Below, piece by piece: positions 12,970 to 23,775 of a stretch of DNA of 42,390 bases. Both the position numbers and the translations under genes were made by a program. This DNA is from Octopus sinensis (Eukaryota): assembly GCF_006345805.1 (NCBI RefSeq), contig NW_021835118.1, positions 1-42,390 of the forward strand, given 5' to 3'. The notes beneath the pieces were generated by a model, which was not told where the DNA came from, did not search any database, and worked only from the letters and a program-made list of their open reading frames with translations. Within the stretch, counting starts at the first letter, position 1. Every line of letters begins with the position of its first letter.

Positions 12970-15900
12970 TTTTGATTTTGATTTTTCCAGTTTCAGCTAA
13001 TGAGCTGTGGCCATGCTGGGGCACCGCCATTTGGTTTGCTACACGATTTTACCTCACGGATGCTTTTTAGCAAACGCCATCTGATGCATGAGAGAGTTCG
13101 ATGCAGCTGCCCTCATCTGCACCTCCTGCCGTGAAGTTGGTTCATCCGGGACACCTGACAGGAAGAGGTCCAGTCCTACTTTAAAGACAACCGCATCTAC
13201 ACCATGCAGGTCCCTCAGGTTCTTTGGGAGGATATTGAAGAGCTGTGGGCCTCTGAAGCCCAGGCAATCACAATATCTTGTCCTACATCTTGATGGCAAA
13301 TTTGGAGTCCTTGGTACTACGCAGTGGCGCCCGGTTCTGGCATTTGTGTGACTCTCCATGCCAAAGTTTGGGACAAGTCCTCCAGTATCTTCCAGATATA
13401 TTTATGGCATATCATTCTCGCTACGCTCCAGGGAATAGAGCTTAATCTCTTGAGTCTTCCCAGTAGCTCATATGCTGCACAGAGGCTATCTACTTCGTGT
13501 AGCTTCGTTGGATCGCCTCAAGTTCTGTGATCATCTTGACACTGGATGGTGACCATAGCTGAGAGCAATAGTCAAAGTGGCTTAGGACAAGTGTCTTCCA
13601 GGGGACCATCATGGTTTCTTGTTCTCTTGTTCTAAAGGTTCTGAGAATCCATCCAGCCATCCGTCTACATTTCATTGCCAGTTTAGCAACATGTACACGA
13701 AAGGTCGCGTCATCACTCATGTGAATACCCAGGTCACGCACTGATTGTGCCTCTAGGATCGCAATCCCTCCGGGTCCAGTGTATTCATTGGGTATTGCAT
13801 TCAGTTTTGCATGCTGATAGTATAAAACTTGAAACTTTTCAGTATTGAACTGCATGCTATTCTTTTCAGCCCACTTGTATATTTCGTCCAGCTCATATTG
13901 CAGGTGCTTAGTGTCTTCAGGGTTCTGTATTGCCTGTGAGACTTTTGTATCATCTGCATAACTTGTGATCGTGGCTCTCTGCGTGGCTGAGGGCATGTCT
14001 GAGAGGGCCATTATGAACAGTAGTGGTCCCAAAACAGTGCCCTGCGGAACACCGCTCACTATTTGCGTGTTAATGGAAGTGGCCCCATTGGCAGTTACCA
14101 CCTGACTTCTATTCTTCAGAAAGTCATGAAGCCATTCTCCTAATTTTCCAACTATGCCAAGATCACGCAGTTTGTGACATATCATTCCATGATCGACTTT
14201 ATCAAAGGCCTTTGCAAAGTCGAGATATATCACTACCACATTTGAGTGGTTGAGCAGTTGTTTCAGCACCCAGTCATAGTGTTGTAGGAGCTGAGTTAAG
14301 CAGCTTCTTCCTGGTCGGAAACCATGTTGGGTGTCAGGCAGCAAGTCATTTTCTTCAAGGAAGGTGATTAGTTTCCTTCTGACTATTCGTTCCATGACCT
14401 TGCTGATGTGTGAGGTTAGGGAGATAGGTCTGTAGTTCTTGGCTTCCGCTCTGCTACCTCCTTTATGAATGGGGCATATTTTACCTTCCTTCAGTTTTCT
14501 TGGAAGTTTGCCAGCTGCAAGGAAGCTCTGAAAGAGGAACTGCAGTGGTCTTGCTAGGACTCTCTTACTTACTTTTAGGAGGATTCCCGGGAATCCATCG
14601 GGGCCAGTAGCTGAGTCTGTTTTCATTTCATCGTCTTCCTTTATATCGATGTAATCTATCGTCGCCGCCTCTGATTTTATATCTGCAGTGGTAAAGATGT
14701 CCGTTGGATTGCTGATTTGGAGATGCCCCAGGAGTGGAGTGAAAACACTCTTGAATTGCTCATTCAGTATTTCACTTACCCTCATTGGTTTTCCTGTAAG
14801 TGTGCCATCCTTTTCAAGGAGTGGCCCTATTCTACAGTGCGCCGTAGCTGTTTCTTTGGCATACCTGTAGAAAGCTTTGGGGTTAGATTTTATGTTGTCT
14901 ATAGCCCAGGCTTCTTTGTCTGCTCTTTCCTTCTCATGGGAGAGTTGCAGACATTTTTCGATTTCCAACAGTTTTATCTTCAGGCGGGACTTTTCACTGC
15001 TTTCAATCTGTTTGTTTAGGCGATTTGAAAATTTTGTACGCCGTCTCATTAAAATTTTCCTCTCTCTGGGGATTTTGTTCTTGTGTACAGTGGCCTTTCT
15101 CTCTGGGACACATTTGTAGCATATGGCTTGCATTACAGACATGAATTGTTGAAGTTTCATGTCGATGTCCGGTGAGGAGTGACATTCAGGCCAGTTTTGT
15201 TTGAGGATCTCTTTCTCAATTTGTTTCCAGTTTGCCTTATTGAAGTTCAAGCTGGAAAGATTCTGAGAGTTTCTTGTAGGCTGCATGTCCATTGTTTCCT
15301 TTGGCCCGTACATGGTCAGCTCTACCATGTTCTGATCCTAGAGTGGTGTTGGCGTCACTTTCACATTATGGATGAGATCCATGTCATTTGTGAAGCAGAG
15401 AGCCAGTGTGTTACCTGCCCTGGTTGGTTGGAGTATTACTTGCTCCATGTACAGGGTGTTGATGACGTTCAGGAGGGACCTCGCCTGTCCCCGTTCACCT
15501 CGTGTCATTCCTGGGAGAGAAAGGCCCTCGGGCCATCTGACATTGGGCAGGTTGAAGTCTCCCATGAGAAGTACACTTATGTGCTGTTCTAGTGTGATTA
15601 GAACTTCTTCTATTTTTATAAGGCAGTCTTCAAACTTGCCCATATGGCTCGGGGAATCTGGAGGGCGATATGTAGCACACACAACTACACCAAGTTGCCT
15701 TACATGTACAATTAGTGTGTCACACACCGAGTTTGAGTATGACAAAAGGAACTGGGGTGTGAGGTCCTCACGGATGTACATAGCAACTCCTCCATGACTC
15801 CTTTATTTTCTGTCGGTCCGTAGTACAACATACTGTGGTATGTGTACTTCCGCATCCGCTATGTCCGGTTTCAGGTGTGTTTCCGTAAGTGCTATGCATA

Positions 15901-16175
15901 AGGCTTGATTGCATGCAACAAAGTCTCTCAAGAACGGGACTTTTGTCCTGTTACTGCGTGTTAGTAGTCCTCTGATGTTCAGTAGGAGCATCGAGGTGAG
16001 GTGTATGCTGTTGCCGGTGGTGTCCACCTTGGGTCTATTTGCTGAGGTGGTCTTGTGAACTGTGGGTAGTTCCATCTGCGAGCTTGAGTTTGATGGAGCC
16101 AGGTTAGCTGCTGTACAATCTTTTGTGCCATGCACAAAAAAGATTCTTGTTCAGCAGCTGCCCTTTCAACAACAC
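12970..16175 (-). mobile_element. CR1-clade LINE with nearly complete ORF2 and 3' UTR ending in an (AAAATC)-like tail
   Basis: APE endonuclease motifs ([28 protein letters not shown]) plus a 612-aa RT ORF (NYRPISLTS, QHGFRPGRSC, YLDFAKAFD, GVPQG, YADDTK). Confidence 0.93.
13054..16135 (-). pseudogene. LINE ORF2 (APE endonuclease + reverse transcriptase) broken into four ORF pieces
   Basis: ORFs 15803-16135, 15338-15781, 13490-15328 and 13054-13359 are consecutive parts of one protein. The breaks may be real or sequencing indels. Confidence 0.88.
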
Positions 16176-16176
16176 G

Positions 16177-16421
<245 letters not shown>

Positions 16422-16425
16422 AAAT

Positions 16426-17143
16426 ACCGCCGGCAACAACGTACACCACACCTCGATGCTCCTACTGAACATCAGAGGACTGCAAACACTCAGTAACAGG
16501 ACAAAAATCCCGTTCCTGAGACACTTTGTTGCATGCAATCAAGCCTTATGCATAGCACTTACGGAAACACACAGAGCTCGAGGCGATCCAACGTAGCTAC
16601 ACAAAGAAGATAGCCTCTATGCAGAATGTAAGCTACTGGGAAAGACTCAAGAGATTAAAACTATATTCCCTGGAGCGTAGGCAGGAAAGATATGCCATAA
16701 TATACATCTGGAAGATCCTGGAGGGACGTGTCCTGAACTTTGGCATCGAGAGTTACGCAAATGCCAGAACTGGGCGCCACTGCGTGGTGCCTAGGACTCC
16801 AAACTTGCCATCAAGATGTAGGACAAGATTCTGTGATAGCCTGGGCTTCCGAGGCCCACAGCTCTTCAATATCCTCCCGAAGAACCTGAGAGACCTGCAT
16901 GGGGTGGATGCAGATGTCTTTAAAATGAAGCTGGATCTCTTCCTGTCAGGTGTCCCGGATGGACCAACTTCACGGCAGGAGGGGCAGATGAGGGCAGCTG
17001 CATCGAACTCTCTCATGCAGCAAATGGCAGTTGCTAGAAAGCTTTCGTGAAGTGAAACCAAGTAGCAACACCAAATGGCGGTGCCCCAGCATGGCCACAG
17101 CTCATAAGCTGAAACTAGAATCAATCAATCAATCAATCAATCA
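16426..17143 (+). mobile_element. Internally deleted CR1 copy (endonuclease N-terminus fused to the 3' end), (AATC)n tail
   Basis: 16426-16572 matches the [12 protein letters not shown] region and is joined directly to the ELEAIQRSYTK region and 3' UTR. Confidence 0.88.
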
Positions 17144-17177
17144 TATGTATATATATATATATATGTATATATATATG

Positions 17178-17246
<69 letters not shown>

Positions 17247-17258
17247 GTATATAATATA

Positions 17259-17300
<42 letters not shown>

Positions 17301-17313
17301 ATATGTATATATA

Positions 17314-17773
17314 TTTCAACCTTCGCATGTTCCCTTTAATTCGATCTCCACCATTCACTATCATTTCTTCCCCTGGCTTACAGCGATGTCCATGAGCAGG
17401 CTAAGATTTCTCCCTTCTTTTTTCATTCATACATACATTTGTCTACCGTTTAAATGTTTTGAACTTATAACCACCAATCTGCTTTGCTTTCCTTTTCTTT
17501 CTACATGCCACCCTAAAAACATCGCCATTCCCGCCCGTTTCTCTAAAGATTTCAACCTTCGCATGTTCCCTTTAATTCGATCTCCACCATTCACTATCAT
17601 TTCTTCCCCTGGCTTACAGCGATGTCCATGAGCAGGCTAAGATTTCTCCCTTCTTTTTTCATTCATACATACATTTGTCTACCGTTTAAATGTTTTGAAC
17701 TTATAACCACCAATCTGCTTTGCTTTCCTTTTCTTTCTACATGCCACCCTAAAAACATCGCCATTCCCGCCCG
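17314..17773. repeat. 236-bp near-perfect tandem duplication
   Basis: TTTCAACCTTCGCATGTTCCC at 17314 and 17550. Confidence 0.9.
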
Positions 17774-18034
17774 GTGCACCCGCCCTTGCCCACCCCCACC
17801 ACCAATACCGGATATCTCTATATTTTTGTTCCATCTATACCGGATGTCGCTTCTCCCACCACCATTATAGGTGTCTACTCTTCGAACCCCCCTCTTCAAC
17901 ACGCTATTTCACCATGCATTACCCCTCTCTTGATATCCTACGTTCTACTTGCCTAGAACCTGTCATCATTTCTCTGAACCACCCCTCCCCACTGGTGCTC
18001 CCCTATATATTTCTGCACCCCACCCCCCACATAA

Positions 18035-18275
18035 AAAGCACCATCCGAACGTGGCCGATGCCAGACCCCTCTGGCACCTGTGCAGGTGGCACGTAAAAAA
18101 CACCCACTACACTCGCGGAGTGGTTGGCGTTAGGAAGGGCATCCAGCTGTAGAAACACTGCCAGACTAGACTGGAGCCTGGGGCAGTCCCGAGCTCCCCA
18201 GACCCCGGTCGAAACCGTCCAACCCGTGCTAGCGCGGAAAACGGACGTTAAACGATGATGATGATGATGATGATG

Positions 18276-18280
<5 letters not shown>
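18035..18280 (+). mobile_element. SINE body and tail (Meta/MESC-like central domain, from memory), (GAT)n tail
   Basis: GTGGTTGGCGTTAGGAAGGGCATCCAGCTGTAGAAAC core and ...GGACGTTAAAC(GAT)n end. No tRNA-like head was seen. Confidence 0.65.
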
Positions 18281-18343
<63 letters not shown>

Positions 18344-18345
<2 letters not shown>

Positions 18346-18451
18346 GGCAGTTGCTAAAAAGCTTTCGTGAAGTAAAACCAAGTAGCAACACCAAATGGCG
18401 GTGCCCCAGCATGGCCACAGCTCATCAGCTGAAACTAGAATCAATCAATCA
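18344..18451 (+). mobile_element. CR1 3'-terminal fragment (about 110 bp)
   Basis: Near-identical to 17025-17135, ends in (AATC)n, and is flanked by (TA)n. Confidence 0.88.
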
Positions 18452-18504
18452 TATGTATATATTTATATATGTATATATATTATATATATATATGTATATA
18501 TATA

Positions 18505-18578
<74 letters not shown>

Positions 18579-18655
18579 TATATGTATATGTATGTATAAT
18601 ATATATATGCATATATATATATATGCATATATATATATATGCATATATATATATA

Positions 18656-18699
<44 letters not shown>

Positions 18700-18729
18700 T
18701 ATATATATATATATGCATATATATATAAG

Positions 18730-18762
<33 letters not shown>

Positions 18763-18976
18763 GTATGCATATATATATGTATGTATATATATATGTATGT
18801 ATATATATATATATGGTATATATATATATGTATATATATATGTATGTATATATATATGTATGTATATATATATGTATGTATATATATATGTATGTATATA
18901 TATATGTATATATATGTATATATATATATATATATAATATATATATGTATATATATATATATATATCTATGTATGT

Positions 18977-19024
<48 letters not shown>

Positions 19025-19080
19025 ATGCATATATATATATATGTATATATATATTATATGTATATATATATATATATATA
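18452..19080. repeat. (TA)n/(TATG)n microsatellite
   Basis: Direct inspection. Confidence 0.95.
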
Positions 19081-20276
19081 AGTTTAACAATTAGGGATAA
19101 TCTCTTAATAAGGGATCTTAACAAGAAATTATCGGGTAGCTAGCGTGAAAACCTCATAAAAGAAAAGAATTCGAAAAGAATTTTTTTCTTTTGAACAAAT
19201 TAATTATATCTATATTGTATAGAGGGCATTATTACACATAAATGCCTCACACTAGGAGGGACAAAGTCATTACTACCAAAATTATACTAATCATACCCAA
19301 ATGCAGTTTTTCAAAGCAAGACATTTAAAAAATGAATTTAGTTCTGTATCACCGTGATTTCACATTCAACTTACGTCTAATGATCATCAGCAGAAACTGA
19401 TTCTGAACACATCATAAATAAACTACCAACCTTACGTAGCGAAGACGAACAGACAACTGCTCACTCCGGCCAAGCACATGGAATGTTTATAAATCATATA
19501 TCCGGTAAATGGCGGGCTTTTTACGAACTGCATTTCGGAATAAGTTTAACAATTAAGGATAATCTCTTAATAAGGGATCTTAACAAGAAATTATCGGGTA
19601 GCTAGCGTGAAAACCTCATAAAAGAAAAGAATTCGAAAATAATTTTTTTCTTTTGAACAAATTAATTATATCTATATTGTATAGAGGGCATTATTACACA
19701 TAAATGCCTCACACTAGGAGGGATTAGTATAATTTTGGTAGTAATGACTTTGTCCCTCCTAGTGTGAGGCATTTATGTGTAATAATGCCCTCTATACAAT
19801 ATAGATATAATTAATTTGTTCAAAAGAAAAAAATTATTTTCGAATTCTTTTCTTTTATGAGGTTTTCACGCTAGCTACCCGATAATTTCTTGTTAAGATC
19901 CCTTATTAAGAGATTATCCTTAATTGTTAAACTTATTCCGAAATACTTTTCATTACCCGACATGCAGGTCGTAAAAAGCCCGCCATTTACAGGATATATG
20001 ATTTATAAACATTCCATGTGCTTGGCCGGAGTGAGCAGTTGTCTGTTCGTCTTCGCTACGTAAGGTTGGTAGTTTATTTATGATATGTTCAGAATCAGTT
20101 CTGCTGATGATCATTAGACGTAAGTTGAATGTGAAATCACGGTGATACAGAACTAAATTCATTTTTTAAATGTCTTGCTTTGAAAAACTGCATTTGGGTA
20201 TGATTAGTATAATTTTGGTAGTAATGACTTTGTCCCTCCTAGTGTGAGGCATTTATGTGTATAATGCCCTCTATAC

Positions 20277-20282
<6 letters not shown>
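19080..20282. repeat. Second insertion of the 480-bp family (variant subfamily), head-to-head inverted, with the switch at about 19722
   Basis: 19080-19723 has the same orientation as 8425-12068 and 19722-20282 is reversed. GA microhomology at the junction; diagnostic SNPs are shared by both arms. Confidence 0.92.
20098..20153 (+). ncRNA. Hammerhead family C variant (mirror copy at 19341-19397 on -)
   Basis: GTTCTG-CTGATGA-T-CATT-A-GAC-GTAA-GTT-G-AATG-T-GAAA-TCACGGTGA-TA-CAGAAC. Confidence 0.85.
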
Positions 20283-20314
<32 letters not shown>

Positions 20315-20346
20315 GTATAATATATATATATATGTATATATATATG

Positions 20347-20384
<38 letters not shown>

Positions 20385-20473
20385 TTATATATATGTATAT
20401 ATATGTATGTATATATATATATACATACATATATATATATATGTGTATATATATATATATATGTATATATATG

Positions 20474-20506
<33 letters not shown>

Positions 20507-20598
20507 GTATATATATATAATATGTATATATATATATATGTATATGTAATATATATATATATGTATATATGTATATATATGTATTATGTATATATATG

Positions 20599-20665
<67 letters not shown>

Positions 20666-20680
20666 ATATATATAAATATA
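20283..20680. repeat. (TA)n microsatellite
   Basis: Direct inspection. Confidence 0.95.
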
Positions 20681-20803
20681 ACAATTTAGGAATGGCCTTA
20701 ACAGGCCATTCGTCCACCAGAGAGAGCAGCCAGAACTCAAACCGCCAAGCAGTAGTAATTCAGAAATTAGGTGAAAATTTAAAAACGTTTACCCTAATTC
20801 ATG

Positions 20804-20900
20804 TTTTAGACGATGCATCGTTTCTGTGTTTTTAATGATAAAATAGCTTAATTAAATTAAATTCAGCTAATCTACCATAGGTCACACTTCATCAGTAAAA
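20804..20900 (-). ncRNA. Type I hammerhead ribozyme, family D, in a solitary island of about 410 bp (20685-21095)
   Basis: Sense reads TTTTA-CTGATGA-A-GTGT..54 nt..ACAC-A-GAAA-CGATGCATCG-TC-TAAAA. Stem III is a perfect 10-bp palindrome and the site is GUC. Confidence 0.8.
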
Positions 20901-21092
20901 AACCTGGGAGAGACAAATATACACAAGGCGTCTGTATCAATGCCTCCGGAATATCTGTCTTAAAATTTTCAAGACCAACGTATTCGCGCCAACCCATCAG
21001 CAGTAAATATAAACTGCCGATTCAATCTCAGAATTAGTGAGAAAATTATCAATTAATCAATTTAGGGTAGCAAAAAATTCAATAGGAATTCA

Positions 21093-21123
<31 letters not shown>

Positions 21124-21369
21124 TACATTTAATCAACCTATACATACACACGTCCAGACCTCTCATACGCACTAATACTCTCTCATACACACACACACAC
21201 ACCCTTATGTTGGAGCTGGTCACTCAACCCTATTGTCTCCCCTAATTTCGCTCTCGCGTCTCATGTTTGATCTTTGACTTCTGGCCGAAATCAGATCGCC
21301 ATGTTGGTTCGTTAGTTACTGCAAGCATTTTTTTCTCTCCTTCTTTCTGTGTTTTTTTCTCTCTGTGTA

Positions 21370-21407
21370 TCTTTCTGTTGAAGAGCGTAGGCTCGAAACG
21401 TTAAAGA
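21370..21407 (+). ncRNA. Variant minimal hammerhead, family E (core CUGUUGA)
   Basis: TCTTT-CTGTTGA-A-GAGC-GTAG-GCTC-GAAA-CG-TT-AAAGA, with an AACGTT palindrome at stem III. Confidence 0.55.
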
Positions 21408-21451
21408 CTTGTTTTATTTATATTTCCTGAGCGCCATACTAATACAATTGT

Positions 21452-21521
21452 TTGTTTGTTTTCCACCTGCCTTCGTCTTTTGTCTATTTTCATAAAGCTT
21501 CCCCATATATATATATATGTA

Positions 21522-21590
<69 letters not shown>

Positions 21591-21639
21591 ATGGGAAGCT
21601 TTATGAAAATAGACAAAAGACGAAGGCAGGTGGAAAACA

Positions 21640-21645
<6 letters not shown>
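21452..21645. repeat. About 52-bp inverted repeat pair separated by (TA)n
   Basis: TTGTTTGTTTTCCACCTGCC..AAGCTTCCC versus GGGAAGCTT..GGCAGGTGGAAAACAAACAA. Confidence 0.88.
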
Positions 21646-21677
<32 letters not shown>

Positions 21678-21849
21678 TATATACATATATATAAATATAT
21701 ATATACATTATATATACATATATATATACATATATATTATATACATATATATAAATATATATATACATATATATACACATATATATATACATATATTATA
21801 CATATATATATATATATATATATAATATATATATATATATTATATATAC

Positions 21850-21894
<45 letters not shown>

Positions 21895-21965
21895 CATATA
21901 TATATATGTATATATATACATATATATATACATATATATACACATATATATATACATATATATAT
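21646..21965. repeat. (TA)n microsatellite
   Basis: Direct inspection. Confidence 0.95.
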
Positions 21966-22661
21966 GATTTTCTTTTTCGGATCCGACAGGGAGAGTCGTG
22001 TATCGTCTTTGCTCTGTTTAAAAAGCAGAAAGTGTGCATAAATCGGTGAAATAATCTACTGAAAGTCACAAATTCAACTCATAAATCCCACTACAACACT
22101 TCGGCTACAAATATATTAATCAAAAACGTAATATATTTTGCCTGAAGCCAAACACAGTAAAAATATTTTCTTTTGACCGAAAACGCACATGGTGAAAAAA
22201 AAAAATCCACTGTAGAAGGAAAAAGAAACATCTCCTGGAAAATAACCACGAAAAAAAACCACGAAAAATCCAGACCACATCGTTGGATTAAGTATCACTT
22301 TCATCTTCTATTTCATATTTTGTTTATTATCCTATTTTATATAACCAAAGCCCACATCTCCGTTAAAGTCTACGATCGCTATTTTTTTGTTTGTTTACAT
22401 TTCAATAACTGTCTCGAACTTGGCTTCAAAATTAAATAACCCTTTCTTCACACTTTAAAATATATATATATTTTAATATATTTTCACTCATTTTCTTTCT
22501 TTTTTTCCACCTTCTTTCTCTCCCCGTCTGTGTATATGTGTGTGTGTGTGCACGTGTATGTGTGTGTGTGTGCGTGTATGTATATATGTATGCGTATATA
22601 TGCATGGACGTGAACTTTCACGAACTTATATAGATAACTAACTTTTCCCCTCTTTCTTACC

Positions 22662-23460
22662 TCTTTCAGATACTCCATCTTCTAATTAGCCTTAAGATTA
22701 AATAACGTTTAATACTGTTTATTGTTAATAATTTTTCAGATACTCTATCTTCTAATTAGCCTAAGAATAAACAACGTTTATTACCCACACTTTAACATCT
22801 AATTTTTTACCCACATTTTAAATATTTGTTAATATATTTTCAGATACTCTATCCTCTAATTAGCCTTAAGATTAAATAACGTTTCACCCACACTTTAATA
22901 TATTTTTGGATGCTCTACCTTCTAATTAGCCTCAAGATTAAATAACGATTATTACCCACACTTTAATATAATTGTAATATTGTTAACATATTTTCAGATA
23001 CTCTATCCTCTAATTAGCCTTAAGATTAAATAACGTTTTACCCACACTTTAACTTTAACTTTTTCACCCACACTTTAATATATTTTTGGATGGTCTACCT
23101 TCTAATTAGCCTCAAGATTAAATAACGATTATTATCCACACTTTAATATAATTGTAATATTGTTAACATATTTTCAGATACTCTATCCTCTAATTAGCCT
23201 TAAGATTAAATAACGTTTTTACCCACACTTTAACTTTTTCACCCACACTTTAATATATTTTTGAATACTCTACCTTCTATTTAGCCCCAAGATTAAATAA
23301 CGATTATTACCCACACTTTAATATAATTGTAATATTGTTAACATATTTTCAGATACTCTATCTCCTAATTAGCCTAAGATTAAATAACGTTTTTACCCAC
23401 AAACTTTAATATTGTTAATATTAATAATACTCTATCCCATAATTAGCCTAAGATTAAATA
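22662..23460 (+). repeat. AT-rich subrepeat array, left arm of an inverted pair (higher-order period about 155-180 bp)
   Basis: Recurrent CAGATACTCTATCCTCTAATTAGCCTTAAGATTAAATAACG and ACCCACACTTTAA. Confidence 0.9.
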
Positions 23461-23519
23461 TCTTCTTGTCTTCTCTCGAACATAGTTAAATAGATAAACA
23501 AATAGACAGATCATCCAGC

Positions 23520-23775
23520 ATGTCCAGAGCATGGAGACCTGACGAGCTGGATTTATTCGTACAAGCATGGGAGTGCGCCGGCGGAGATAGCCCTAGCGAG
23601 GTGATTGCGGCTGCGCTGAAGAGCAGAGGCTACAAGAGGACAGCGGCTCAGATGGAGCGAAAGAGACAGGAATTGCACTTGTACGGTCGCACATTGGCGC
23701 ACTTGATGCCATCTTTGAGAACGAGCGGGGCAAAGATGGCAAGAATGGAGACGATGAAAGAAGTCACCCCCACCT
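23520..23775 (+). pseudogene. N-terminus of a Myb/SANT-like (trihelix-type) DNA-binding protein, truncated by rDNA IGS
   Basis: WRPDELDLFVQAW..IAAALKSRGYKRTAAQMERK fits the W-x3-E..IA..L...G..RT..Q...K pattern. The ORF reads on into IGS sequence from about 23775. Confidence 0.65.

Noticed and set aside
21965-22660. Possible host exon or ribozyme in the unique AT-rich stretch
   Set aside because: No credible ORF, splice pattern or hammerhead core found.
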